NCBI RefSeq assembly: GCF_024298765.1 | Contig: NZ_CP101210.1 | Strand: one strand, 5' to 3' | From: Escherichia coli | GTDB lineage: Bacteria; Pseudomonadota; Gammaproteobacteria; Enterobacterales; Enterobacteriaceae | DNA: 64,000 bases | In this document: one piece after another, positions 1 to 12,953 of the stretch | Layout: every line of letters starts with the position of its first letter | Numbering within the stretch: the first letter of the stretch is position 1 | The notes under the pieces: model-generated | Databases searched by the model: none | The model's input: the letters and a program-made list of their open reading frames with translations, nothing else | Told to the model about the DNA's origin: nothing | Made by a program: the position numbers and the translations under genes

Positions 1-814
1 CGTGGCCCAGCATATGCGTTGCCCAGTCCTGCGGTACGCCAGCGCCAATCAAACCGTTCAGCGCCTGCGTCGCCGCCCACATGACGTTGGCGCGCACATC
101 GTAGTTTTCTGGCTCTTTCAGGGCTTTCGGACCATCTTCGATCAGCGTCAGCAAAATGCCTTCTGCGAAACGGTCCTGAATTTTGGCATCAACCGGTTTG
201 GTAACATACTGTTCCACGGTGTGTACAAAGGCGTCCACTACGCCGTTAGCCACCTGACGCGGCGGCAGGGGGTAGGTATAAACCGGATCGAGCACGGCAA
301 ATACGGGCTGAACATGGGCAGAATGGAACGCCTGCTTATCGCCTGTGGTTTTACGGGAGATCACCGCACCGGCGTTGGATTCTGAACCGGTTGCTGGCAG
401 CGTCAGCACACAGCCCATCGGGATGGCGCTTTTAATCTCTTTACCGCCCGTTTGCAGAATGTGCCACGGATCGATATTTTCCGGATAGTTAGCCGCTGCG
501 GCGATAAATTTGGTGCCGTCCAGTACAGAACCGCCGCCAACCGCCAGCAGGAAAGTCACTTTCTGTTCACGAACCAGTTTCACGGTGTTCATCAGCGTTT
601 CATAAGCCGGGTTTGGCTCAATACCGCCAAATTCCAGCACGTCCATGCCTTTTAGGGCATCCAGAACTTGATCGAGAACGCCGGTTTTTTTCACGCTGCC
701 GCCACCGTAGGTAATCAATACGCGAGCATCGTGAGGAATTTGTTCGCGTAAACCAGCGATTGCGCCTTTACCAAACAGAATGCGGGTTGGGGTGTGCAGA
801 TTAAAGTTGTTCAT
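1..814 (-). CDS. yqhD: NADPH-dependent aldehyde reductase YqhD, 5' portion (3' end lies before window start)
   Basis: Reverse complement of 781-814 reads ATGAACAACTTTAATCTGCAC ([11 protein letters not shown]); Fe-ADH family sequence recognised; GGGAG RBS upstream on minus strand. Confidence 0.9.
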   Translation of the reverse strand, partial: MNNFNLHTPTRILFGKGAIAGLREQIPHDARVLITYGGGSVKKTGVLDQVLDALKGMDVLEFGGIEPNPAYETLMNTVKLVREQKVTFLLAVGGGSVLDGTKFIAAAANYPENIDPWHILQTGGKEIKSAIPMGCVLTLPATGSESNAGAVISRKTTGDKQAFHSAHVQPVFAVLDPVYTYPLPPRQVANGVVDAFVHTVEQYVTKPVDAKIQDRFAEGILLTLIEDGPKALKEPENYDVRANVMWAATQALNGLIGAGVPQDWATHMLGH

Positions 815-950
815 TACTTGCTCCCTTTGCTGGGCCAATATGAGGGCAGAGAACGATCTGCCTGATGTTTTTCATTGTGATCGCCAGCGCCCTGGCTCTC
901 AATGCTCATTTCTGCCAATGTCTTGCCTATTTCTCCAGAGTGCTGGAGAA

Positions 951-1907
951 ATGCTACAAAATTGCGCACAATCATATTGCCGCATTATTCCTAAGAAATT
1001 ACGCGATATGAAACGTGAAGAGATTTGCCGCTTGCTGGCGGATAAAGTTAATAAACTGAAAAATAAAGAAAATAGTTTATCAGAACTGTTGCCCGATGTG
1101 CGTTTGTTGTATGGCGAGACGCCTTTCGCACGTACACCGGTGATGTACGAGCCTGGCATCATAATTCTCTTTTCCGGACATAAAATCGGTTATATCAATG
1201 AACGCGTGTTTCGTTATGATGCCAATGAATACCTGCTGCTGACGGTGCCGTTGCCGTTTGAGTGCGAAACCTATGCCACGTCAGAGGTGCCGCTGGCAGG
1301 GTTGCGTCTCAATGTCGATATTTTGCAGTTACAGGAACTGTTGATGGACATTGGCGAAGATGAGCATTTCCAGCCGTCGATGGCAGCCAGCGGGATTAAC
1401 TCCGCCACGTTATCAGAAGAGATTTTATGCGCGGCGGAGCGGTTACTCGACGTGATGGAGCGACCACTGGATGCGCGTATTCTCGGCAAACAGATCATCC
1501 GCGAAATTCTGTACTACGTGCTGACCGGACCTTGCGGCGGCGCGTTACTGGCGCTGGTCAGTCGCCAGACTCACTTCAGTCTGATTAGCCGCGTGCTGAA
1601 ACGGATTGAGAATAAATACACCGAAAACCTGAGCGTCGAGCAACTGGCGGCAGAAGCCAATATGAGCGTATCGGCGTTCCACCATAATTTTAAGTCTGTC
1701 ACCAGCACCTCGCCGTTGCAGTATTTGAAGAATTACCGTCTGCATAAGGCGCGGATGATGATCATCCATGACGGCATGAAGGCCAGCGCAGCAGCGATGC
1801 GCGTCGGCTATGAAAGCGCATCGCAATTTAGCCGTGAGTTTAAACGTTACTTCGGTGTGACGCCGGGGGAAGATGCGGCAAGAATGCGGGCGATGCAGGG
1901 GAATTAA
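951..1907 (+). CDS. yqhC: AraC-family transcriptional regulator
   Basis: In-frame ATG at 951 inside track ORF 780..1907; C-terminal AraC HTH region; divergent from yqhD. Confidence 0.8.
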   Translation: MLQNCAQSYCRIIPKKLRDMKREEICRLLADKVNKLKNKENSLSELLPDVRLLYGETPFARTPVMYEPGIIILFSGHKIGYINERVFRYDANEYLLLTVPLPFECETYATSEVPLAGLRLNVDILQLQELLMDIGEDEHFQPSMAASGINSATLSEEILCAAERLLDVMERPLDARILGKQIIREILYYVLTGPCGGALLALVSRQTHFSLISRVLKRIENKYTENLSVEQLAAEANMSVSAFHHNFKSVTSTSPLQYLKNYRLHKARMMIIHDGMKASAAAMRVGYESASQFSREFKRYFGVTPGEDAARMRAMQGN

Positions 1908-1946
1908 ATACGTTCCCGGTACAGCAGCCGGGAACGGGGAAAATCG

Positions 1947-2606
1947 TCAGGCGTTACAGTATTTTTTTTTAATCACCACAAACAGCGTGCCTAACAAGCC
2001 AGCGGTTAACAAGGCAATTGGCAGGATCATCAGGAACGTCATTACCTGATCTTCATGGCGTTTAACGAACGGAATCATACTTAAGGCATAGCCGAAACTG
2101 GTTACCACGCTGACCCACAGCAATCCGCTTAACCAGTTGAAAAACTGGAAACGGCGGTTTGGCAGACCGGAAATTCCCGCCATGGTTGGCAGCAGCGTAC
2201 GGACAAATGCAAGAAAACGTCCAGCCAGCAGCGCCAGCAGACCGTGGCGGTCAAACATGCAGGTGGCGCGCTGGTGATATTTAGCAGGAAGCTGTGCCAG
2301 CCAGCCTTTCACCGTTTTGGTATTCCCTAACCAGCGCCCCTGAATATAACTTAGCCAGCAGCCCAGACTTGCTGCGGCGGTCAGAATCGCAATCGTAGGC
2401 AGAAAATCCATAACCCCTTGGGCAATCAATGCGCCTGCCAGTATCAACAAGCTGTCGCCTGGCAAAAATGAGGCGGGCAGCAGGCCGTTTTCTAAAAACA
2501 GCGTGGCAAACATGACAAAGTAAACAACGCTAACAATATGAGGATCCGCCAGCGCGGCAAAGTCGTGTTGCCAGAGCGCAGCGATGATATCTTGAATAAC
2601 AGCCAT
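1947..2606 (-). CDS. yghB: DedA-family inner membrane protein
   Basis: 219-aa hydrophobic ORF; synteny between yqhC and metC. Confidence 0.85.
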
Positions 2607-2745
2607 GGACTTTCCTGTGGAACAGCGTTTAAGCCTTTATGTGCCTATTGTACTCCTGAATCGTCCGGGACGCCTTGATCCCGGACGCAACAATTTAAGA
2701 CTTTTCACAATAAAATGTCTGCAAAATTGTCCAAAAGTGGCAATG

Positions 2746-3933
2746 TTATACAATCCGTGCAAAACCGGCGTCCAGATCGGCAATCAGATCGTCGACATCT
2801 TCCAGACCAATATGCAGGCGAATCAAGGTCCCGCTAAAATCGATCTCGCCTTGTGGGCGAATGGCGGCGATATGTTCTGGTTGATTTGCCAGGATCAACG
2901 ATTCATACCCGCCCCACGAGTAGGCCATGCTGAATAAACTGAAGTTATCCAGATAGTTCGCCAGCTCTTCATCATTGAGTTTTTTCTTAAGCACAAAGGA
3001 AAATAGCCCGCTGCTGCCTGTAAAGTCTCGTTTCCAGAATTCGTGTCCTTTACTGCCAGGCAGGGCAGGGTGGTTAACTCGCGCAACTTGCGGATGTTCT
3101 GCCAGCCATTCGGCCACTTTCAGACTGCTTTCATGATGTTGACGCAAACGCACACCTAATGTGCGCAGGCCACGGCTGGTTATATAGGCGGTATCGGCAT
3201 CGACCATCTGGCCCATCAGATAGGCATTTTCCCGTAGCTGCTCCCAGCAACGGGCATTGCACACGGCAGTGCCAATCATCGCATCTGAATGCCCAACCAG
3301 ATATTTGGTGGCGGCTTGAATAGAAACATCGATGCCAAAATCCAGCGCCTTAAACAGCACACCGGCTGCCCAGGTGTTGTCGATCATAATGATGGCATCC
3401 GGCACCACACTGCGCACGGCGGCAACAATCGCCGGAACGTCGTGGACTTCCATAGTGATGGAACCCGGCGATTCCAGAAACACGATTTTAGTGTTTGGCT
3501 GCAGATGCTTAACGATATCGGCACCAATCAGCGGATCAAACCACGATGTCGTTACGCCCAGTTTGCTGAGGATTTTGCTACAGAAATCCTGACTCGGTTC
3601 ATAGGCGGTGTTGGTCATCAACACATGATCGCCCTGTTCGACAAAAGCAAGAATCGAATTAGCAACCGCTGCCGCCCCGCAGGGAAATAGCGCGCAGCCT
3701 GCGCCACCTTCCAGTTCACACATCGCTTGTTGTAAGGAAAAATGGGTTAACGTTCCGCGCCGTCCATAGAACAACTCGCCATTGGCGCGATTGCGCGTCG
3801 CGTGCTTTTTGGCTTCCATACTCTCAAATACCAGCGAAGAAGCGCGCTGAATCACGCTATTTACCGCGCCGAGAGTGTATTTTTTGCTGCGTCCTGCATT
3901 CACCAGTTGAGTATCAAGCTTTTTGTCCGCCAT
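2746..3933 (-). CDS. metC: cystathionine beta-lyase (PLP-dependent)
   Basis: 395 aa from [15 protein letters not shown]; start codon = cat at 3931-3933; track ORF extends upstream from an alternative start. Confidence 0.9.
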   Translation of the reverse strand: MADKKLDTQLVNAGRSKKYTLGAVNSVIQRASSLVFESMEAKKHATRNRANGELFYGRRGTLTHFSLQQAMCELEGGAGCALFPCGAAAVANSILAFVEQGDHVLMTNTAYEPSQDFCSKILSKLGVTTSWFDPLIGADIVKHLQPNTKIVFLESPGSITMEVHDVPAIVAAVRSVVPDAIIMIDNTWAAGVLFKALDFGIDVSIQAATKYLVGHSDAMIGTAVCNARCWEQLRENAYLMGQMVDADTAYITSRGLRTLGVRLRQHHESSLKVAEWLAEHPQVARVNHPALPGSKGHEFWKRDFTGSSGLFSFVLKKKLNDEELANYLDNFSLFSMAYSWGGYESLILANQPEHIAAIRPQGEIDFSGTLIRLHIGLEDVDDLIADLDAGFARIV

Positions 3934-4184
3934 GTCGGGATTCCTGTTTTTATACGTCTGGATGTCTAAACTAGCATGAATATTCGCGGGCGCATCCTGA
4001 AGAATTGGCATAAAGCAGAAAATTTTCGCAAATGGCGTGCTGGTGACTTTTTTACTGCGTAAACGCAAGGAAAAGAAAGCAAAGGTACGGCAGTATGCAA
4101 ATAGTAATGAGAACGACTATCAATTCGACGTAGTTTTGATATTATTATGCGCAGATTTTGTGACTTGCGTCCTGGAGATACACA

Positions 4185-4919
4185 GTGGGTAATAATTTAA
4201 TGCAGACGGACCTTTCCGTCTGGGGTATGTATCAGCACGCCGATATTGTCGTTAAGTGCGTGATGATTGGGCTTATTTTGGCCTCCGTAGTCACCTGGGC
4301 AATCTTCTTCAGTAAGAGCGTAGAGTTCTTCAATCAGAAGCGTCGCCTTAAGCGCGAGCAGCAACTGCTGGCTGAAGCGCGTTCCTTAAACCAGGCCAAC
4401 GATATCGCCGCTGATTTTGGTAGCAAAAGCTTAAGCCTGCATTTGCTCAATGAAGCGCAGAATGAGCTGGAACTGTCAGAAGGCAGCGACGATAACGAAG
4501 GTATTAAAGAACGTACCAGCTTCCGTCTGGAGCGTCGGGTCGCCGCAGTAGGTCGTCAAATGGGCCGTGGTAACGGCTATCTGGCAACCATCGGCGCGAT
4601 TTCGCCGTTCGTTGGGCTGTTTGGTACGGTCTGGGGCATCATGAACAGCTTTATTGGTATCGCGCAAACGCAGACTACTAACCTGGCAGTCGTTGCGCCG
4701 GGTATCGCAGAAGCTCTGTTAGCAACGGCAATCGGTCTGGTGGCAGCGATTCCGGCGGTCGTTATCTATAACGTATTCGCGCGTCAGATTGGCGGCTTTA
4801 AAGCGATGCTGGGTGATGTCGCAGCGCAGGTATTGTTGCTGCAAAGCCGTGACCTGGATCTGGAAGCCAGCGCCGCTGCGCATCCGGTTCGTGTCGCACA
4901 AAAATTACGCGCAGGATAA
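4185..4919 (+). CDS. exbB: TonB-system energiser ExbB
   Basis: 244-aa ORF with GTG start, MGNNLMQTDLSVWGMYQ; MotA/TolQ/ExbB family. Confidence 0.9.
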   Translation: MGNNLMQTDLSVWGMYQHADIVVKCVMIGLILASVVTWAIFFSKSVEFFNQKRRLKREQQLLAEARSLNQANDIAADFGSKSLSLHLLNEAQNELELSEGSDDNEGIKERTSFRLERRVAAVGRQMGRGNGYLATIGAISPFVGLFGTVWGIMNSFIGIAQTQTTNLAVVAPGIAEALLATAIGLVAAIPAVVIYNVFARQIGGFKAMLGDVAAQVLLLQSRDLDLEASAAAHPVRVAQKLRAG

Positions 4920-4925
4920 TGTCCG

Positions 4926-5351
4926 ATGGCAATGCATCTTAACGAAAACCTCGACGATAACGGCGAAATGCATGATATCAACGTGACGCCGTTTATCGAC
5001 GTGATGTTGGTTCTGCTGATTATCTTTATGGTGGCGGCACCGTTAGCGACGGTAGATGTGAAGGTTAACTTGCCTGCTTCTACCAGCACGCCGCAGCCGC
5101 GCCCGGAAAAACCGGTTTATCTGTCGGTGAAGGCAGACAACTCGATGTTTATCGGTAACGATCCGGTCACCGATGAAACAATGATTACGGCGTTGAATGC
5201 GTTAACCGAAGGCAAGAAAGACACCACCATCTTCTTCCGAGCGGATAAAACCGTCGATTACGAGACGTTGATGAAGGTAATGGATACGCTGCATCAGGCG
5301 GGTTACCTGAAGATAGGTCTGGTCGGCGAAGAAACCGCCAAAGCGAAATAA
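4926..5351 (+). CDS. exbD: TonB-system protein ExbD
   Basis: 141-aa ORF 7 nt after exbB; single TM segment. Confidence 0.9.
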   Translation: MAMHLNENLDDNGEMHDINVTPFIDVMLVLLIIFMVAAPLATVDVKVNLPASTSTPQPRPEKPVYLSVKADNSMFIGNDPVTDETMITALNALTEGKKDTTIFFRADKTVDYETLMKVMDTLHQAGYLKIGLVGEETAKAK

Positions 5352-5358
5352 AAATGAT

Positions 5359-5391
5359 GCCCGGTTGCTTTTCACAACCGGGCATTTTTTT
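5359..5391. terminator. rho-independent terminator between convergent exbD and yghA
   Basis: Hairpin gcccggttg / caaccgggc followed by attttttt. Confidence 0.6.
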
Positions 5392-6274
5392 AACCTAAAT
5401 GCTCGCCGCCGCACACGCCGTGCACTTCTGCGGTGACGTAGCTCGACTCCTGACTTGCCAGATAAACATATACAGGGGCCAGTTCCGCCGGTTGCCCCGC
5501 ACGTTTCATCGGCGTTTGCTGACCAAACTGCGGGATCTTATCCTGCGTTTGTCCGCCGGAAATTTGCAGTGCTGTCCAGATCGGGCCTGGCGCGACAATA
5601 TTCACCCGAATACCTTTCTCCGCGACCTGTTTTGCCAGGCCTCGGCTGTAGTTCAGAATCGCCGCCTTCGTAGCCGCATAGTCCAGTAAATGCGGACTTG
5701 GCTGGTATGCCTGGATTGACGAAGTGGTGATGATACTTGCACCTTTCGGTAGCAGGGGGATCGCTTCCTGGGTTAGCCAGAACAGCGCGAAAACGTTAAT
5801 GGCAAAGGTCTTTTGAAACTGTTCGCTGGTGAGGTCTGCAATATCAGGAATGGCAACCTGTTTCCCGGCGACCAGCGCCATAATATCCAGCCCGCCTAAC
5901 GCCTTGTGCGCTTCGTGAACCAGCGAACGGGCGAATTTCTCATCGCTTAAATCGCCTGGCAGCAGAACGGCTTTGCGTCCGCATTCTTCAATGATCTTTT
6001 TCACATCCTGAGCGTCTTCTTCTTCCACGGGAAGATAACTGATCGCCACGTCAGCCCCTTCACGCGCGTAAGCGATGGCGGCAGCGCGACCGATTCCGGA
6101 ATCGCCCCCTGTCACCAGGGCTTTACGATCTTTCAGGCGACCGCTACCAACATAGGTTTTCTCGCCGCAATCCGGTACCGGTGTCATCTTCGCCTGGATG
6201 CCTGGCGTCGGTTGTTTCTGTTTGGGATATTCACCAGTGTAATACTGCGTGGTCGGGTCTTTTAAATGAGACAT
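5390..6274 (-). CDS. yghA: short-chain dehydrogenase/reductase family oxidoreductase
   Basis: 294-aa [13 protein letters not shown]ossmann motif. Confidence 0.85.
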
Positions 6275-6395
6275 CGTTTTTCTCCCTTCAGGTTCAACGT
6301 CCTTTAAGGGTAGACGCTCTCGATGCGTTGATAAGGGAACCAGGAAGATCCCTAACCCTCAGAATTATGCGACAAAGGTTTAACGGATATGTTGA

Positions 6396-6959
<564 letters not shown>

Positions 6960-6998
6960 TCTGATTCGGGCGCGGTTCTCGCGCCCGTTATTAACAGG

Positions 6999-8039
6999 TC
7001 ATTTATCGGAAGACGCCTGCCACAGATTCAGCTCGCCATCGGCGATATGCTGATCAATCTGCGCCAGCTCCTCGGTGCTAAATGTCAGATTATTCAGCGC
7101 CTGCACGTTCTCCTCAAGTTGCTCCGCGCGGCTGGCACCAATCAATACCGACGTCACTCGCTCATCTTTCAGCAACCAGCTTAACGCCATTTGCGCCATT
7201 GATTGTCCACGCTGCTGTGCCATTTCATTCAATAAGCGCAGGCTGTTGAGGTTGGCTTCGGTGAGCATTTTCGGCGTCAGGCCACGAACTTTATTCCCTT
7301 CACGATGCATCCGTGAATCTTCAGGAATGCCGTTGAGATATTTTCCGGTCAGCAATCCCTGAGCCAGAGGAGTAAAGGCAATGCAGCCCACGCCGTTATT
7401 TTGCAGGGTATCCAGCAGGCCGCTTTTATCCACCCAGCGGTTTAGTAAATTGTACGAAGGTTGATGAATTAAAAGCGGAATTTTCCACTCGTGCAGCAAC
7501 TCGACCATTTTTTGCGTCCGCTCTGGCGAGTAAGAGGATATCCCGACATACAGCGCCTTACCGCTTTGTACCGCATGAGCCAGCGCAGAGGCGGTTTCTT
7601 CCATCGGCGTATTTTCATCGACGCGATGAGAGTAAAAGATATCGACATACTCAAGCCCCATACGCTTCAGGCTTTGGTCGAGGCTGGAGAGCAGGTATTT
7701 ACGTGAACCGCCAGAGCCGTAAGGGCCAAGCCACATATCGTAGCCAGCCTTGGTAGAGATAATCAGTTCATCGCGATAAGCGGCAAAATCCTCCCGCAGC
7801 AGGCGACCAAAGTTCTCTTCTGCGCTTCCTGGAGGCGGCCCGTAATTGTTGGCTAAATCAAAGTGCGTAATGCCCAAATCAAACGCTTTACGCAGGATCG
7901 CACGCTGTGATTCCAGCGCGTTAACGTGACCGAAATTGTGCCATAAACCGAGCGATAACGCGGGCAGGCGTAAACCGCTTTTTCCGCAATAGCGGTATTG
8001 CATCTGCCCGTAACGTTCGGGATTCGCTAACCAGACCAT
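6999..8039 (-). CDS. gpr: aldo-keto reductase (L-glyceraldehyde 3-phosphate reductase)
   Basis: 346-aa ORF, AKR family sequence; synteny. Confidence 0.85.
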   Translation of the reverse strand: MVWLANPERYGQMQYRYCGKSGLRLPALSLGLWHNFGHVNALESQRAILRKAFDLGITHFDLANNYGPPPGSAEENFGRLLREDFAAYRDELIISTKAGYDMWLGPYGSGGSRKYLLSSLDQSLKRMGLEYVDIFYSHRVDENTPMEETASALAHAVQSGKALYVGISSYSPERTQKMVELLHEWKIPLLIHQPSYNLLNRWVDKSGLLDTLQNNGVGCIAFTPLAQGLLTGKYLNGIPEDSRMHREGNKVRGLTPKMLTEANLNSLRLLNEMAQQRGQSMAQMALSWLLKDERVTSVLIGASRAEQLEENVQALNNLTFSTEELAQIDQHIADGELNLWQASSDK

Positions 8040-8195
8040 GACCTCTCCTTTCCACCGTTCAATTTCGAAACAATGTTTCTAGTTTAGCGATTCGCCAGCG
8101 CGTATCCCGTAGTCTGGCTCACAGAGTGACGAAAAACTGGGCAAAAACACGTGCTTATGCTTTGCTTAAAAAAACACCAACTGAGGAGTGCAACG

Positions 8196-9083
8196 ATGCC
8201 GCGTTTAACCGCCAAAGATTTCCCACAAGAGTTGCTGGATTACTACGACTATTACGCTCACGGGAAAATCTCGAAACGTGAGTTCCTCAACCTTGCGGCG
8301 AAGTATGCGGTAGGCGGGATGACGGCATTAGCGTTGTTTGATTTGCTCAAGCCAAATTATGCGCTGGCGACTCAGGTAGAGTTTACCGACCCGGAGATTG
8401 TTGCTGAGTACATCACGTATCCTTCGCCAAATGGTCACGGCGAGGTACGGGGTTATCTGGTGAAACCCGCAAGGATGAGCGGCAAAACGCCAGCCGTGGT
8501 GGTGGTGCATGAGAATCGTGGACTGAATCCGTATATCGAAGATGTGGCACGGCGAGTGGCGAAGGCGGGGTATATCGCCCTGGCACCTGACGGCTTAAGT
8601 TCCGTTGGAGGTTATCCGGGTAATGATGATAAAGGTCGTGAGCTGCAACAGCAGGTTGATCCAACCAAACTGATGAATGATTTCTTTGCCGCAATTGAGT
8701 TTATGCAACGCTATCCGCAAGCGACAGGCAAAGTGGGTATTACCGGATTTTGCTATGGCGGTGGCGTATCGAACGCGGCGGCTGTCGCGTATCCGGAACT
8801 GGCCTGCGCGGTGCCGTTTTATGGTCGTCAGGCACCCACTGCCGATGTGGCGAAGATTGAAGCGCCTTTACTACTCCACTTCGCGGAACTGGACACCCGA
8901 ATCAACGAGGGCTGGCCTGCTTACGAGGCGGCGTTGAAAGCCAATAATAAGGTTTATGAGGCGTATATCTATCCGGGGGTTAATCACGGATTCCATAATG
9001 ATTCCACGCCCCGTTATGACAAATCTGCCGCCGATCTTGCCTGGCAAAGGACACTGAAATGGTTCGATAAATATCTCTCCTGA
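8196..9083 (+). CDS. yghX: dienelactone hydrolase family protein (uninterrupted reading frame)
   Basis: ATG at 8196 preceded by GAGGAG; 295 aa, uninterrupted alpha/beta-hydrolase-like sequence. Confidence 0.7.
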   Translation: MPRLTAKDFPQELLDYYDYYAHGKISKREFLNLAAKYAVGGMTALALFDLLKPNYALATQVEFTDPEIVAEYITYPSPNGHGEVRGYLVKPARMSGKTPAVVVVHENRGLNPYIEDVARRVAKAGYIALAPDGLSSVGGYPGNDDKGRELQQQVDPTKLMNDFFAAIEFMQRYPQATGKVGITGFCYGGGVSNAAAVAYPELACAVPFYGRQAPTADVAKIEAPLLLHFAELDTRINEGWPAYEAALKANNKVYEAYIYPGVNHGFHNDSTPRYDKSAADLAWQRTLKWFDKYLS

Positions 9084-9201
9084 TAGGTTTATCTCTTACG
9101 GGATTACGTCTTAAACAAGCATGAAAAAATAGCGTGCGCAAAAGTCGTTCTTTGCCTAAAATATCGCTATATATGACAATATATAGCGAATGAGGTGAAC
9201 G

Positions 9202-9489
9202 ATGAATAACCATTTTGGTAAAGGCTTAATGGCGGGATTAAAAGCAACGCATGCCGACAGTGCGGTTAATGTGACAAAATTCTGTGCCGATTATAAACGC
9301 GGTTTTGTATTAGGCTACTCACACCGGATGTACGAAAAGACCGGAGATCGCCAGCTTAGCGCCTGGGAAGCGGGTATTCTGACGCGCCGCTATGGACTGG
9401 ATAAAGAGATGGTAATGGATTTCTTTCGTGAGAATAATTCCTGTTCTACGTTGCGCTTTTTTATGGCCGGTTATCGCCTCGAAAATTGA
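9202..9489 (+). CDS. yghW: small protein of unknown function
   Basis: 95-aa [17 protein letters not shown]; position immediately upstream of hyb operon. Confidence 0.7.
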
Positions 9490-9677
9490 TCAAACATACG
9501 TATTATCTTGCTTTAATTAATTACACTAATGCTTCTTCCCTTCGTTTTAGCGCCCCGCCGCAGTATCATGATATCGATAACCATAATAAATGTGTGGTAA
9601 ATGGCGCATCGATCGCATTATTGATTTTGCGATTGAGGCAAAATATATGCCAGGTCTTCGCAACGGAATAACTATAA

Positions 9678-10796
9678 ATGACTGGAGATAACACCCTCAT
9701 CCATTCTCACGGCATTAACCGTCGTGATTTCATGAAGCTTTGTGCAGCATTAGCCGCCACCATGGGGTTAAGTAGCAAAGCCGCTGCAGAGATGGCCGAA
9801 TCGGTTACTAACCCGCAGCGTCCGCCAGTTATCTGGATTGGCGCGCAGGAGTGCACCGGTTGTACGGAATCTCTGCTTCGTGCAACGCATCCAACGGTAG
9901 AAAACCTCGTACTGGAGACTATCTCTCTGGAGTATCACGAAGTGCTTTCCGCCGCCTTCGGTCATCAGGTCGAAGAGAACAAACATAACGCTCTCGAGAA
10001 GTACAAAGGGCAGTATGTGTTAGTGGTGGATGGTTCCATCCCATTAAAAGATAACGGTATTTATTGCATGGTTGCCGGTGAGCCGATTGTGGATCACATC
10101 CGCAAAGCGGCGGAAGGCGCAGCAGCCATTATCGCTATCGGTTCCTGCTCTGCGTGGGGCGGTGTTGCCGCAGCTGGAGTTAACCCAACTGGCGCAGTCA
10201 GCCTGCAAGAAGTTCTGCCAGGCAAAACCGTTATCAATATTCCGGGCTGCCCGCCGAACCCGCACAACTTCCTCGCGACCGTTGCGCACATCATCACTTA
10301 CGGCAAACCGCCGAAACTGGATGACAAAAACCGTCCGACCTTCGCCTATGGCCGTCTGATTCACGAACACTGTGAACGTCGCCCGCACTTCGATGCTGGT
10401 CGTTTTGCCAAAGAGTTCGGTGATGAAGGCCACCGCGAAGGCTGGTGCCTGTACCACCTCGGCTGTAAAGGGCCAGAAACTTACGGCAACTGCTCAACGC
10501 TGCAATTCTGCGATGTTGGCGGTGTGTGGCCGGTGGCGATTGGTCACCCGTGCTATGGCTGTAACGAAGAAGGTATCGGCTTCCATAAAGGCATCCATCA
10601 GCTTGCCAACGTCGAAAATCAGACTCCGCGTTCACAGAAACCGGATGTTAACGCTAAAGAGGGCGGCAACGTCTCTGCAGGCGCTATTGGTTTTCTCGGC
10701 GGTGTGGTTGGGCTGGTTGCCGGTGTCAGCGTGATGGCGGTGCGTGAACTGGGTCGTCAGCAAAAGAAAGATAACGCTGACTCACGGGGAGAATAA
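9678..10796 (+). CDS. hybO: hydrogenase 2 small subunit
   Basis: 372 aa; twin-arginine signal RRDFMK; Cys-rich Fe-S ligand motifs. Confidence 0.9.
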   Translation: MTGDNTLIHSHGINRRDFMKLCAALAATMGLSSKAAAEMAESVTNPQRPPVIWIGAQECTGCTESLLRATHPTVENLVLETISLEYHEVLSAAFGHQVEENKHNALEKYKGQYVLVVDGSIPLKDNGIYCMVAGEPIVDHIRKAAEGAAAIIAIGSCSAWGGVAAAGVNPTGAVSLQEVLPGKTVINIPGCPPNPHNFLATVAHIITYGKPPKLDDKNRPTFAYGRLIHEHCERRPHFDAGRFAKEFGDEGHREGWCLYHLGCKGPETYGNCSTLQFCDVGGVWPVAIGHPCYGCNEEGIGFHKGIHQLANVENQTPRSQKPDVNAKEGGNVSAGAIGFLGGVVGLVAGVSVMAVRELGRQQKKDNADSRGE

Positions 10797-10798
10797 CC

Positions 10799-11785
10799 GT
10801 GAACAGACGTAATTTTATTAAAGCAGCCTCCTGCGGGGCATTGCTGACGGGCGCGCTGCCGTCTGTCAGTCATGCGGCTGCTGAAAACCGCCCGCCAATT
10901 CCGGGATCGCTGGGGATGTTGTACGACTCAACCTTGTGCGTAGGCTGCCAGGCTTGCGTCACCAAGTGTCAGGATATCAACTTCCCTGAACGTAACCCGC
11001 AAGGGGAACAGACCTGGTCGAACAACGACAAACTGTCGCCGTATACCAATAACATCATTCAGGTGTGGACCAGCGGCACAGGGGTCAACAAAGACCAGGA
11101 GGAGAACGGCTACGCGTACATTAAGAAACAGTGTATGCACTGCGTCGATCCGAACTGTGTCTCTGTGTGCCCGGTCTCTGCACTGAAAAAAGATCCGAAA
11201 ACCGGCATTGTCCATTACGACAAAGACGTGTGCACCGGCTGCCGTTACTGCATGGTCGCCTGCCCATACAACGTGCCGAAGTACGACTACAACAACCCGT
11301 TTGGTGCGCTACATAAGTGCGAGCTGTGCAACCAGAAAGGTGTGGAACGTCTCGATAAAGGCGGTCTGCCTGGCTGCGTAGAAGTGTGCCCGGCGGGCGC
11401 GGTGATTTTCGGTACGCGTGAAGAGCTGATGGCGGAGGCGAAAAAACGTCTGGCGCTGAAGCCTGGCAGCGAATACCACTATCCGCGTCAGACGCTGAAA
11501 TCTGGAGACACTTACCTGCATACGGTGCCGAAATATTATCCGCATCTGTACGGCGAGAAAGAGGGCGGCGGTACTCAGGTTCTGGTACTGACGGGTGTGC
11601 CTTATGAAAATCTCGACCTGCCGAAACTGGACGATCTTTCTACCGGTGCGCGTTCCGAAAATATTCAACACACCCTGTATAAAGGCATGATGCTACCACT
11701 GGCTGTGCTGGCGGGCTTAACCGTGCTGGTTCGTCGCAACACCAAAAACGACCATCACGACGGAGGAGACGATCATGAGTCATGA
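10799..11785 (+). CDS. hybA: hydrogenase 2 ferredoxin-type 4Fe-4S subunit
   Basis: 328 aa, GTG start; Tat signal RRNFIK; multiple CxxCxxCxxxCP motifs. Confidence 0.9.
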
Positions 11786-12953
11786 TCCAAAACCGCTGGG
11801 CGGCAAAATCATCAGTAAACCGGTCATGATTTTTGGACCGTTAATCGTCATCTGTATGCTCCTGATTGTGAAGCGTCTGGTGTTCGGTCTGGGCTCTGTC
11901 TCCGACCTGAACGGCGGCTTTCCGTGGGGCGTGTGGATCGCGTTTGACCTGCTGATTGGCACCGGCTTTGCCTGTGGCGGCTGGGCGCTGGCGTGGGCGG
12001 TATACGTCTTTAACCGTGGGCAATACCATCCGCTGGTGCGTCCGGCGCTGTTGGCGAGTCTGTTTGGTTACTCACTGGGTGGTTTGTCGATCACTATCGA
12101 CGTGGGTCGCTACTGGAACCTGCCGTACTTCTACATTCCGGGTCACTTCAACGTGAACTCGGTACTGTTCGAGACGGCGGTCTGTATGACCATCTACATC
12201 GGCGTGATGGCTCTGGAGTTTGTTCCGGCACTGTTTGAACGTCTGGGCTGGAAGGTGTCGCTACAGCGTCTGAACAAGGTGATGTTCTTCATCATCGCGC
12301 TCGGTGCGCTGCTGCCGACCATGCACCAGTCTTCAATGGGGTCGCTGATGATCTCGGCGGGCTACAAGGTGCATCCGCTGTGGCAGAGCTATGAAATGTT
12401 GCCGCTGTTCTCGCTGCTGACGGCGTTCATCATGGGCTTCTCGATTGTCATCTTTGAAGGTTCACTGGTGCAGGCGGGTCTGCGTGGCAACGGTCCGGAT
12501 GAAAAGAGCCTGTTCGTCAAGCTGACCAACACCATCAGTGTGTTGCTGGCGATTTTCATCGTGCTGCGCTTTGGCGAGCTTATCTATCGCGACAAGCTGT
12601 CGTTAGCGTTTGCCGGTGACTTCTACTCCGTGATGTTCTGGATTGAAGTCCTGCTGATGCTCTTCCCGCTGGTCGTTCTGCGTGTGGCGAAGCTGCGTAA
12701 TGATTCCCGCATGCTGTTCCTGTCAGCACTGAGCGCACTGTTAGGTTGTGCAACCTGGCGTCTGACCTATTCGCTGGTGGCATTCAACCCGGGCGGCGGT
12801 TACGCCTACTTCCCGACCTGGGAAGAACTGTTGATTTCTATTGGTTTTGTGGCTATTGAGATTTGCGCTTACATCGTACTCATTCGTCTACTGCCGATAC
12901 TTCCTCCTTTAAAACAAAACGATCATAATCGTCATGAGGCGAGCAAAGCATGA
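11775..12953 (+). CDS. hybB: hydrogenase 2 integral membrane subunit
   Basis: 392 aa polytopic ORF; start overlaps hybA stop. Confidence 0.9.

Noticed and set aside
2-655. Plus-strand ORFs of 127 aa and 67 aa at the window start
   Set aside because: Both lie antisense to yqhD, which is clearly the real gene on the minus strand
9486-9671. 61-aa ORF between yghW and hybO
   Set aside because: Falls in the hyb operon promoter region; AT-rich, no RBS, no homology recognised
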